This document shows, piece after piece, positions 40,249-48,860 of a stretch of DNA of 64,000 nucleotides. Numbering within the stretch: position 1 is the stretch's first letter; each line of letters opens with the position of its first letter. The notes under the pieces were generated by a model that was not told the DNA's origin, made no database searches, and saw only the letters and a list, made by a program, of their open reading frames with translations. Origin of the DNA: Actinomycetes bacterium (GTDB lineage: Bacteria > Actinomycetota > Thermoleophilia > RBG-16-64-13); contig JAGXFW010000026.1 in NCBI GenBank assembly GCA_024637035.1, positions 181,600 to 245,599 on the forward strand, read 5' to 3'. Both the position numbers and the translations under genes were made by a program.

Positions 40249-41283
40249 CTACCCCAGAGCTGCCCGAGCCGCCCGCAGGGCGGCGTCAACTCCGGATGCT
40301 CCCACACCATGGTGCGTGACGAGGCGCACGCGAGTCGACCCCACTGCGCCCGCACGCACCCCAGCCGCCGCCAGGCCGGCCACGAACGAGGCCGCGTCCA
40401 GGCCATGCGCGACGACTTCCGCGAACACCATGTTCGTCTGCACGCACTCCAGATCCACATCCAGACCAGGAATGCCGGCCAACCCCTCGGCTAGGCGCCG
40501 TGCGTTCTCGTGATCCTCCGCAAGACGCTCCACCATGGTCTCGAGGGCCACGATGCCGGCCGCCGCCAGCACGCCCACCTGCCGCAGGCCTCCGCCCAGC
40601 ATCTTGCGGGCGCGACGGGCCTCGGCGATCCAATCGGCCGGCCCGGCCAGCATCGACCCCACCGGGGCGCAGAGACCCTTGGAGAGACAGAACATCACGG
40701 AATCCGCATGGGCCGCGATCTCAGCCGCGGGCACTCCCAGCGCCACGGAAGCGTTGAAGAGCCGGGCGCCGTCGAGGTGCACCGCCAGACCGCCGCGATG
40801 CGCCGTCGCGCAGAGGTCGGCCATCAGGTCGAGGGGAGCCACGATGCCACCCCCGGAATTGTGCGGGTTCTCCAGACACAGCAGGCGGCTGCGGGGAAAG
40901 TGCACGTCGTCGGGACGGATCGCGGTCTCCACCTGCTCCGGCCGCAGCAGACCCTTGACGCTCTCGAGTGGGCGGGCCTGGACACCGGAAAGGACGGCTA
41001 GGCCGCCCACCTCCGCGTCGTACACGTGGGAGGTGAGGTCGCAGATCACTTCGTCGCCGCGACGCGTGTGAACGAGCACGGCGATGCCGTTGCCCATGGT
41101 GCCGCTGGGCACGAAGAGGGCCGCTTCCTTGTCCACGCGCGCGGCGGCAAGATCCTCCAGACGGCGCACGGTGGGATCCTCCCCGTACACGTCGTCGCCG
41201 AGTTCGGCCGTAGCCATGGCCCGCAACATCTCTGGCGTGGGGAGAGTGACCGTGTCGCTGCGCAGGTCGACGACGGAGCTCAC
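40249..41283 (-). CDS. ltaE: Low-specificity L-threonine aldolase
   Basis: [20 protein letters not shown]...[11 protein letters not shown]...PSGTMGNG...; 4-nt overlap with the upstream AOR gene. Confidence 0.85.
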   Translation of the reverse strand: MSSVVDLRSDTVTLPTPEMLRAMATAELGDDVYGEDPTVRRLEDLAAARVDKEAALFVPSGTMGNGIAVLVHTRRGDEVICDLTSHVYDAEVGGLAVLSGVQARPLESVKGLLRPEQVETAIRPDDVHFPRSRLLCLENPHNSGGGIVAPLDLMADLCATAHRGGLAVHLDGARLFNASVALGVPAAEIAAHADSVMFCLSKGLCAPVGSMLAGPADWIAEARRARKMLGGGLRQVGVLAAAGIVALETMVERLAEDHENARRLAEGLAGIPGLDVDLECVQTNMVFAEVVAHGLDAASFVAGLAAAGVRAGAVGSTRVRLVTHHGVGASGVDAALRAARAALG

Positions 41284-43160
41284 CCCTCGGCGCCTCTATC
41301 TACCCGCAGGCCCAGCTCGGCCAGCTTGGCCGGCGTGGGCAGGCCGGTGGCCACATCCCAGCCGCGCGCTTCGTAGTATTCGTCGAGCATCTGGTCGAGA
41401 TCGACCGTCGCCCCGGACGAGGGGGTGCCGGTCGGACCCAGGGGCTCCTCAAGGAAGCGGCGCGGCAGGGTGTCGTCCTTACGGGTGACTCCCTCGCGGG
41501 CGATGAACAGCCGCTCCAGGTTGACGATGCGCTCACCCGCCTGCCGCACCTCCTCGCCGGTCATGTCCCAGCCGGTCGAGGCGTTCAGGAGGTCGGCGGT
41601 CTCCTGCCAGTCGAGCACCTCCATGTTGTTGTAGGTGTTCTTGCAGACTCCGAGCGAGTCGCAAACGGCGGCCATCTCCTCGAAGTGCTTGACCACGCGG
41701 CCCTTGCCCTTGTGTTCCAAGCGGAAGGCCGACTCCGCGACTCCGTACCGGCGGATGCCCTCCTCGGCATCGCCGGAGAACTCGAACCAAGGCTCGGAGC
41801 GCAGGTGGTCGGCCCCCCTGCTGGAGACCGCGTTGCCGAGAGCGTAGGCCTTGACGGTTCGCGGGTCGGCCTGGAACACCTCGAGTCCCTTGGAGTGCAT
41901 GGCGATCTCCTCGGAGCCGCCGCCCACCCGCTCGGCCGCCGCGCGTACCCCGTCGGCCAGCACGTCACCGAACCCCTCCCGTCGCATGATCTTCTCGATC
42001 AGCGTCAATACCGCTTCCATGTTCCCCCAGGCGAGATCGAGACCGTCGGTATCGGCAGGCGTCAGGATGCCCCGCTCCTGGCACTCCATCGTCCAGGAGA
42101 TCACCTCGCTGAGGGCGATCGCGTCCATGCCGTAGCGATTGGCCAGGTCGACGCAGCGCAGGGCGAAGGCAAGGTCACCGTTGCCGATGCGCGAGGTGAA
42201 CCCGGCGAGGGGCTCGTACTCCGGCCCCTCGAGCTTGAGCCCGGGGAAGCGGGGATCGTCCACCACCAGGAAGCGGCTGCAGGGGATGGTGCACGAAAAG
42301 CACGCCTTGCTCTTCACCTTGAACCGCGCTTCGATCGTCTCGCCACTCACCTGGTCGGCGTATTCGAAGCGGCCCTCCTTGAAATGCCGGGTGACGATGC
42401 CACCGATGCCGTTCATCGCCTTCACCAGCTTGGTCGTGCCGAGGCGCACCCTGATCTCGTACTCCTCGTGAGAGTAGATACGCTCGTCGACCATGTCGAT
42501 GAGCCGTTGGAACCCTTGCATGTCGGCCACCGGCACCGTCCCGGTGCCCCGCACAGCCACGGCCTTCAAGTTCTTGGAGGCCATGAGCGACCCCATGCCC
42601 GTGCGGGCGGCGGCCCGCACCAGGTTGGTGAAGATCCCGGCGAAACGCACGCCGTTCTCCGCCGCGGGACCGATCACCGCGGTCTGCACGTCGCGATCGC
42701 CAAGCTCCGCCCGGATGGCCTCGGTGGCCTCGGTGACGTCCAGTCCCCAGAGGCCGGAGGCGTCGCGCAGTTCCACCCAATGATCCCAGATCACTAGATA
42801 GACCGGGCTTTCGGCACGGCCTTCCACAATGAGTTGATCCACCCCAGAGAACTTGAGCTCGGGGCCGAAGAACCCGCCGGCGTTGGAGTCGCCCAGGATG
42901 CCTGTTTGCGGCGACATGCCGCTCACGTTGAAACGGGAGCCGCCGGGGAAGAGCGACCCCGCGAGCGGTCCCACCCCAAAGATCAACTTGTTCTCAGGGG
43001 CCAGGCCGTCGGTGTGGGCCGGCACCTCGTCCCAGAGGCGCTTGACGTTGAGGCCTCGTCCGCCCAGGAAGGCGCGGGCTTCGGCCGGGTCGGTGGGCTG
43101 CCTGGTGATGCTCCCGCTCGTCAGATCCACGCGCAGGATGGAGCCGCCGTAGCCGTTCAC
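41280..43160 (-). CDS. Aldehyde:ferredoxin oxidoreductase (AOR family, tungsto-/molybdopterin-dependent)
   Basis: AOR N-terminal domain [13 protein letters not shown]...GGRGLNVK...[20 protein letters not shown] and the large C-terminal pterin/4Fe-4S domain. Start set at GTG 43160, preceded by GGAAAGGGGGA; the ORF-track 764-aa version has an Arg-rich false extension. Confidence 0.85.
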   Translation of the reverse strand: MNGYGGSILRVDLTSGSITRQPTDPAEARAFLGGRGLNVKRLWDEVPAHTDGLAPENKLIFGVGPLAGSLFPGGSRFNVSGMSPQTGILGDSNAGGFFGPELKFSGVDQLIVEGRAESPVYLVIWDHWVELRDASGLWGLDVTEATEAIRAELGDRDVQTAVIGPAAENGVRFAGIFTNLVRAAARTGMGSLMASKNLKAVAVRGTGTVPVADMQGFQRLIDMVDERIYSHEEYEIRVRLGTTKLVKAMNGIGGIVTRHFKEGRFEYADQVSGETIEARFKVKSKACFSCTIPCSRFLVVDDPRFPGLKLEGPEYEPLAGFTSRIGNGDLAFALRCVDLANRYGMDAIALSEVISWTMECQERGILTPADTDGLDLAWGNMEAVLTLIEKIMRREGFGDVLADGVRAAAERVGGGSEEIAMHSKGLEVFQADPRTVKAYALGNAVSSRGADHLRSEPWFEFSGDAEEGIRRYGVAESAFRLEHKGKGRVVKHFEEMAAVCDSLGVCKNTYNNMEVLDWQETADLLNASTGWDMTGEEVRQAGERIVNLERLFIAREGVTRKDDTLPRRFLEEPLGPTGTPSSGATVDLDQMLDEYYEARGWDVATGLPTPAKLAELGLRVDRGAEG

Positions 43161-43849
43161 TCGGTCCCCCTTTCCTTCTGCGTGGGTCTCTCGCCGCGCG
43201 GCGCCCCTGCGGGCGGGCGGTTCGCCCGGAAGCGGGCGGGCGCTAGACCTGAGGCGCCCGTAGGTTCGGGGTGGGCGCCGGAAGCGGCATCGGCGCCCTG
43301 AGCACCGACGGGACCGCCGCCCGATTCGCCGCCGCCGGATGTGTCGTTTCGGGTATCGCCCGTGCGCCCACCGAGCTGCCGCAGGGCCAGAGTCTCGCGC
43401 CGGTCCCGAGCTTGTTCGTCGACACCGCCCCAGCGTATGGCCCCCGGAGCGCAGCGTTTCACGCAGGCGGGGTCGCCGTCGCAGAGATCGCAGATGAGAG
43501 GTAGGCCGGTGGTTGGATGCATGATCACCATGCCGAAGGGACACCCGTCGGCACAAGCGCCGCAGGCGATGCATTCCTCCTCGTTCAGCCGCACCACGCC
43601 CAGAGAGGCGTCGCGACTCAAAGCACCGGCTGGGCAGGCTTTCACGCAGCCCGGCCGCCGGCAGAGCCTGCAGACCGAAGGCACGTCGAGGCCCTCGGTC
43701 TCGATCTTGGTGACCTTGATGCGGGCTGCACCCGTGCCGAAGCCACCCTCGTGCGCGGCCACGCAGGCCAGCATGCAGGCTTTGCAGCCGCTACATATGT
43801 CGCTCCGCACCAGAATGCGTCCCGCGCGCCCCATGTGCTCCACCGTCAC
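43157..43849 (-). CDS. 4Fe-4S ferredoxin-type electron-transfer protein (AOR partner)
   Basis: Four Cys clusters (CSGCKACMLAC; CRLCRRPGCVKACP; CIACGACADGCP; CDLCDGDPACVKRCAP); GTGA overlap with the AOR start; Gly/Ser-rich C-terminal tail. Confidence 0.75.
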   Translation of the reverse strand: MTVEHMGRAGRILVRSDICSGCKACMLACVAAHEGGFGTGAARIKVTKIETEGLDVPSVCRLCRRPGCVKACPAGALSRDASLGVVRLNEEECIACGACADGCPFGMVIMHPTTGLPLICDLCDGDPACVKRCAPGAIRWGGVDEQARDRRETLALRQLGGRTGDTRNDTSGGGESGGGPVGAQGADAASGAHPEPTGASGLAPARFRANRPPAGAPRGERPTQKERGTE

Positions 43850-44086
43850 CTTTCAATCGTCCGCAGCGGCCGAGCAGCCGGCTCCACGATCACGCCTCCA
43901 GACGCACACGTGCCGATGGCCGCCACACCCGCTGGTGCGGTCCGAACATCAGACCACAGGATAAGGAACGCCCGGAATGCTGTCAATGGGCATGCCCCCG
44001 GTACACCCGCCGTGGCCTTCCCCGGGCTGCCTGCCGGCATGGTCGCCACAATCACCGCTTTGTTGCGATAGGCTTGCTATTGAGAG

Positions 44087-46153
44087 GTGCTTCGACCTAG
44101 TTCGCCGAGAGAGGGGATGCCGATCATGGGAGGGGCAGAACGGCCTGGTCTGAGGATGCCGAGTGCGGTCGTCGTCGCGTTTGCGGTCGCGCTGTCGGCG
44201 CTTCTAGCGTTCACGGGGTCGGCAGCCGCCGCCCTGGAGGTGAGCACCTACGCGGGCAGGACTCAGGTGGCGGGCGCCACCAACGGCGCAAGGATCACCG
44301 CGACCTTCAACGTCCCCGTGGGCATCGCCATCGACGCTCAGGGCACTCAGTACGTCGCTGATCTCGAGAACCGCGTGATACGCAAGATCTCTCCCACCGG
44401 GATCGTCAGCACCTTCGCGGGCAAGGTCGGAGTGGAGGGCTCAGCCGATGGGATCGGTGGGGCGGCACGTTTCCGCGCCCCCGCCGACGTGGCCGTTGAT
44501 TCCTCGGGAAACGTCTACGTAGCCGACGCCGGTAACAGCACTATCCGCAAGATCACCAAGTCCGGGGTGGTGACCACCATCGCCGGGTGGCCGCAAGCGG
44601 TGGGTCACAAAGACGCCAACGGGTCCTTTGCTCGATTCGGCATGCCCTATGGGATCGCGGTGGGCGAGGTCGGCGGCCAGGTCACGCTCTACGTGGCCGA
44701 CACGTTCAATAGCGTGATCCGAAGGATCAGCCAGGCGGGCGACGTGACCACGATCGCGGGCACGCCGGGATCGTCCGGTTCTGCCGATGGCACAGGCGCT
44801 AGCGCCCGGTTCGACTTCCCCACGGGACTCGCCGTGGACTCATCCGGCCTCACCCCGGTGGTCTACGTAGCCGATGCCAACAACCACACCATCCGACGGA
44901 TCGGATATGACTTCCTGCTCAAGGTGTGGAAGACCGGCACCATCGCCGGGGAGGCCGGCGTCTCGGGCAGCGACGACGGGACCATAGCGCACTTCGCCAA
45001 GCCTTGGCACCTCGCGCTCGACGGTCCTCGAAGGCTATACGTGGTGGACTTCGAGAACCACACGGTGCGTGAGATCGCGAAGTTCCGGCTGGGCTCTATC
45101 GATATCTTCTCCGTCTCGACCGTCGCGGGAAAGGCCGGCGTGATGGGCAGCACAGACGGCCCCGCGGCTGACGCCCGTTTTGCGCAACCGATGGGAGTCG
45201 CCGTGCACCCCGCCGGCACCGTCTACGTGGCCGAGTACGCATTCCAGACTATCCGCCGCATCGCCGAGGCTCCCACCTTCTCCCAGTTCGTCGGACCCGA
45301 CCGCTACGAGACCGCCATCTTGATCTCCAAGAAGGCCTATCCCGGCGGGGCGACCAACGTGTTCCTGGTGAAGGGGGACAACTTCCCCGACGCCCTGGCG
45401 GCCGCACCCCTCGCCAAGGCCTATGACGGCCCGGTGATCCTCACGCCGTCCGGCGGTCTGACGCCGGCGGTCAAGGCCGAACTCACGCGTCTCAACCCCG
45501 GCAAGGTGTTCTTCATCGGGCTGCAAGACTCACTGAAACCCGCCATCCTCCAAGCCGTGTCGGGCGTCAAGATCGAGACCATCCGCGGGGTCGACCGCTA
45601 CGACACGGCAGCGCGTCTCGCCGATGCTCTGGTCGCGAAGATCGGAACCCCCTCCCGTATCGTCCTGGTGGCCGGGGACAAGTTCCCCGACGCCCTTTCG
45701 GTGGCGCCCCTGGCGGGGAACAAAGGCTGGCCCATCCTGCTCACGCCTCAGGCGGGGCCGCTGCCGAACTACACCCGGGACAAGATCGTGTCTTTGGGCG
45801 TCACGCAAGCCCTGAGGGTGGGCACGTACGTCGGCCTGCCTGCCGGTGTGGCGGTGGTCTCCAAAGTAGGCACCGACCGCTACGACACGAGCGCCCAGGT
45901 CGCCCAGTATGGTGACATGCAGGGACTCTCCTACGCGCACCTGGCGGTAGCCACGGGAGAGAACTACCCCGACGCCCTGGTGGTGGGACCGTATCTCGCC
46001 AAGGACGGGGGCATCCTCCTGCTCACCCATCCCACCGCGCTGCCGAGCCCCATCCGGACTCAGCTCGTACTGAACCGGGACTGGATCGGACAGGTGGACT
46101 TCCCGGGGCTGCCGGCGGGGATGATCTCCATCGTCAAAGGGGTGGTGGAGTAG
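44087..46153 (+). CDS. Secreted NHL-repeat beta-propeller protein with three C-terminal CWB2 (cell-wall-binding repeat 2) domains
   Basis: Signal peptide; repeated (Y)VAD..N..IRKI/RRI NHL blades; three GxDRYxTA...PDALAAAPLA...GPVILTP...IGL CWB2 repeats. Confidence 0.7.
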   Translation: MLRPSSPREGMPIMGGAERPGLRMPSAVVVAFAVALSALLAFTGSAAAALEVSTYAGRTQVAGATNGARITATFNVPVGIAIDAQGTQYVADLENRVIRKISPTGIVSTFAGKVGVEGSADGIGGAARFRAPADVAVDSSGNVYVADAGNSTIRKITKSGVVTTIAGWPQAVGHKDANGSFARFGMPYGIAVGEVGGQVTLYVADTFNSVIRRISQAGDVTTIAGTPGSSGSADGTGASARFDFPTGLAVDSSGLTPVVYVADANNHTIRRIGYDFLLKVWKTGTIAGEAGVSGSDDGTIAHFAKPWHLALDGPRRLYVVDFENHTVREIAKFRLGSIDIFSVSTVAGKAGVMGSTDGPAADARFAQPMGVAVHPAGTVYVAEYAFQTIRRIAEAPTFSQFVGPDRYETAILISKKAYPGGATNVFLVKGDNFPDALAAAPLAKAYDGPVILTPSGGLTPAVKAELTRLNPGKVFFIGLQDSLKPAILQAVSGVKIETIRGVDRYDTAARLADALVAKIGTPSRIVLVAGDKFPDALSVAPLAGNKGWPILLTPQAGPLPNYTRDKIVSLGVTQALRVGTYVGLPAGVAVVSKVGTDRYDTSAQVAQYGDMQGLSYAHLAVATGENYPDALVVGPYLAKDGGILLLTHPTALPSPIRTQLVLNRDWIGQVDFPGLPAGMISIVKGVVE

Positions 46154-46214
46154 GATCGGCCACAGGGCCCGCGAACCGCGCTGGGCGCCCAGATACCGTG
46201 AGATCGGAGGAGAC

Positions 46215-48203
46215 ATGATCGCCACAGAGACCACCGACTCCAGGACGCATCTCAACTCCGCCCTGATCATCGCAGCCCTGCTCTCGATCGTCGCGTTCAC
46301 GTTGGGGGTGGCCGCAAAGCCTGCCGCCGCCTCCTCCTACCATGTCACGACATTCGCCGGGAAGGCGGCGGTCTCGGGTGTCGCCAACGGCACCTTGGCC
46401 GCGGCACGATTCGACAACCCTGCGGGGATCGCCTTCGGATACGACGGCACCATGTACGTCGCGGACACCGACAACCACACCATCCGCAAGATCACGCCGG
46501 CGGGAGTGGTGACCACGCTCGCCGGCAAGCCGGGTGTGGAGGGCAGCGCCGACGGCACCGGGGCGGCGGCGCGGTTCAGCTACCCCGAGGGCATCGCGGT
46601 CACCCCCGGTGGTGTGCTCTATATCGCCGACAGCGGGAACCAGACCATCCGCAAGATCACGCCGGCAGGAGTGGTGACCACGCTTGCAGGCACACCCGGT
46701 GTCCAGGGTAGCGCCGACGGCACCGGGGCGGCGGCGCGGTTCCGGTACCCCGGAGACATCGCCCTAGACGTTGCCTTCAACCTGTATGTCACCGACGTCA
46801 ACAACCACACCATCCGCAGGGTCACGCCCGCGGGCGTGGTCTCCACGTGGGCAGGCACAGCCGGGGCGTCCGGCGGGGTCAACGGTACCGGCGCGGCGGC
46901 GCGGTTCAATTCCCCCCAGGGCATCGCCGTCGACGCCGGGGGCACCCTCTACGTGACCGAGAAGTTCGGGCGACGCGTTCGGACGATCTCCTTTGCGCGG
47001 GTCGTTTCCACCCTTGCCGGTAGCGGGGCGAGCGGCAGCATCGACGGCACCGGCACCGCGGCGCGGTTCGTCATGCCCTATGGAATCGCCGTCGACAGCA
47101 CTGGCACCGTGTTCGTCACCGACAACCAGACCATACGCACGATCACGCCGGCAGGTCAGGTCACCACTGTGGCGGGCAAGCCGGGGGTCTACGGAAGCGC
47201 CGACGGAACCGGTACAGCGGCTCGTTTCTTCATCCCCTACGCGGTCGACGTTGACTCCTCGGGCGATCTCTTCGTGGCCGACATCAACAACCACACCGTC
47301 CGTCGCGTGTCCACGTCGCCGCAGTATCTGACCCTCGTCGGGTCTGATCGCTACGAGACCGCCATCCTCGTCTCAAAGCAGGCGTACCCGGGCGGAGCGC
47401 CCGCGGTCGTGCTCGCCAAGGGCGACGACTTCCCCGACGCGCTTGCGGCCGCGCCACTGGCCGTCGCCTACGGGGGGCCGGTCATCCTCACCCCCTCCTG
47501 GGGTCTCACCAGCGCCGTCGAGAACGAGCTGAAACGACTCGATCCCACCACCGTGATCTTCATCGGACTTCCGGCCAACGTCAAAACCGAGCTCGTGGCG
47601 GTGCTCCCCACCGCCACGGTGAAATCCTTCGTAGGCACGGACCGCTACCACACCGCCGCCCTGCTCGCCGCGGAACTCAAGACCAAGCGCGGGTCGGTGG
47701 TCAGAGTGGTGCTCACCGCCGGCGACAAGTTCCCCGACGCGCTCTCCGTGGCGCCGCTGGCCGCGAAGAAGGGTTGGGCTATCATCCTCACCCCGCAGGC
47801 GGGCCCCTTGCCCGACGTGAGCCGCGACGCCATCCAGGACCTCGGCGTGACCCGAGCCCTGATAGTGGGCACCTACGTGCAACCCCCGGCTGTGGTGACC
47901 CAGAAGGTCTCGAAGGTCGGAGCCGACCGCTACCACACCAGTGCACTCGTGGGCGAGTACGCGAAGCTCGTGGGACTCTCATACGCGCACCTCGCCGTAG
48001 CTACGGGAGAGAACTATCCCGACGCCTTGGTCGTGGGGCCATACCTTGCCAAGGACGGTGGGATACTCCTGCTCACCATGCCCAACGGAGTTCCGGCGAC
48101 CATCCAGGCGGCCCTCATCATCAACCGCGACGAGGTGGAGCACGTGGTCTTCCCCGGGCTGCCGCCCGCCGTGATAACCACCGTGAGGGTGATGCTGAAA
48201 TAG
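46215..48203 (+). CDS. Paralogous secreted NHL-repeat protein with three CWB2 domains
   Basis: Same architecture as the upstream gene (YVADTDNHTIRKITPAGVVTTLAG... x6; GSDRYETA/GTDRYHTA/GADRYHTS CWB2 repeats). Confidence 0.7.
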   Translation: MIATETTDSRTHLNSALIIAALLSIVAFTLGVAAKPAAASSYHVTTFAGKAAVSGVANGTLAAARFDNPAGIAFGYDGTMYVADTDNHTIRKITPAGVVTTLAGKPGVEGSADGTGAAARFSYPEGIAVTPGGVLYIADSGNQTIRKITPAGVVTTLAGTPGVQGSADGTGAAARFRYPGDIALDVAFNLYVTDVNNHTIRRVTPAGVVSTWAGTAGASGGVNGTGAAARFNSPQGIAVDAGGTLYVTEKFGRRVRTISFARVVSTLAGSGASGSIDGTGTAARFVMPYGIAVDSTGTVFVTDNQTIRTITPAGQVTTVAGKPGVYGSADGTGTAARFFIPYAVDVDSSGDLFVADINNHTVRRVSTSPQYLTLVGSDRYETAILVSKQAYPGGAPAVVLAKGDDFPDALAAAPLAVAYGGPVILTPSWGLTSAVENELKRLDPTTVIFIGLPANVKTELVAVLPTATVKSFVGTDRYHTAALLAAELKTKRGSVVRVVLTAGDKFPDALSVAPLAAKKGWAIILTPQAGPLPDVSRDAIQDLGVTRALIVGTYVQPPAVVTQKVSKVGADRYHTSALVGEYAKLVGLSYAHLAVATGENYPDALVVGPYLAKDGGILLLTMPNGVPATIQAALIINRDEVEHVVFPGLPPAVITTVRVMLK

Positions 48204-48235
48204 ACCACCACCCACCATCCGACGGGACACCCACG

Positions 48236-48808
48236 GGTCTTCGCTGCCCGTGGGTAGACCTGTCGAAGCCCGACTACGTCGCCTACCACGACCAGGAGTG
48301 GGGCGTGCCCGTACACGACGACCGGCTGCAGTTCGAGTTCCTGATCCTCGAGGGCGCGCAAGCCGGTCTCAGCTGGTACACGGTACTGCGCAGGCGCGAG
48401 AGCTACCGGGCGGCCTTCGACGGCTTCGACCCCGAGAAGGTCGCCCGCTACGATGAAGCCAAGGTCGCTGAATTGCTCTCAGACCCCGGCATCATACGCA
48501 ACCGCGCCAAGGTGGCGGCGGCGGTGAACAACGCCCGGCGTTTCCTCGAGGTCACCGAGGAACGCGGCAGCTTCGCCGCCTACCTGTGGGATTTCGTCGA
48601 CGGCCGACCGATCGTCAACGAACTGCGGACCCTCGCCGACTACGTGGCGACCTCACCCGAGTCCGAGGCGCTCAGCCGCGACCTCAAGCGCCGCGGCTTC
48701 TCCTTCGTGGGACCCACCATCGTCTACGCACACATGCAGGCGACCGGCATGGTCAACGACCACACCGTCGACTGCTTCCGTCGCGCGGAGATCATCGCGC
48801 GCTCCTGA
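48236..48808 (+). CDS. tag: DNA-3-methyladenine glycosylase I
   Basis: RCPWVDLSKPDYVAYHDQEWGVP...LILEGAQAGLSW...VGPTIVYAHMQATGMVNDH matches Tag including the Zn ligands; the start codon is uncertain, as no ATG/GTG/TTG precedes the conserved Cys. Confidence 0.7.
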   Translation, partial: GLRCPWVDLSKPDYVAYHDQEWGVPVHDDRLQFEFLILEGAQAGLSWYTVLRRRESYRAAFDGFDPEKVARYDEAKVAELLSDPGIIRNRAKVAAAVNNARRFLEVTEERGSFAAYLWDFVDGRPIVNELRTLADYVATSPESEALSRDLKRRGFSFVGPTIVYAHMQATGMVNDHTVDCFRRAEIIARS

Positions 48809-48860
48809 GGCCTGTGCAGCACCGCCCGGCCGGCCCGAGCGGCGTCGCCTGCGGAGACGC

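Noticed and set aside
41685-42797. 370-aa plus-strand ORF and several 100-200-aa ORFs inside the AOR locus
   Set aside because: All overlap the AOR gene on the opposite strand or in other frames; the AOR frame has diagnostic motifs and a strong RBS.
43200-43420. Gly/Ser/Ala-rich low-complexity region
   Set aside because: It is the C-terminal tail of the ferredoxin ORF and the false N-terminal extension of the AOR ORF, not a separate feature.
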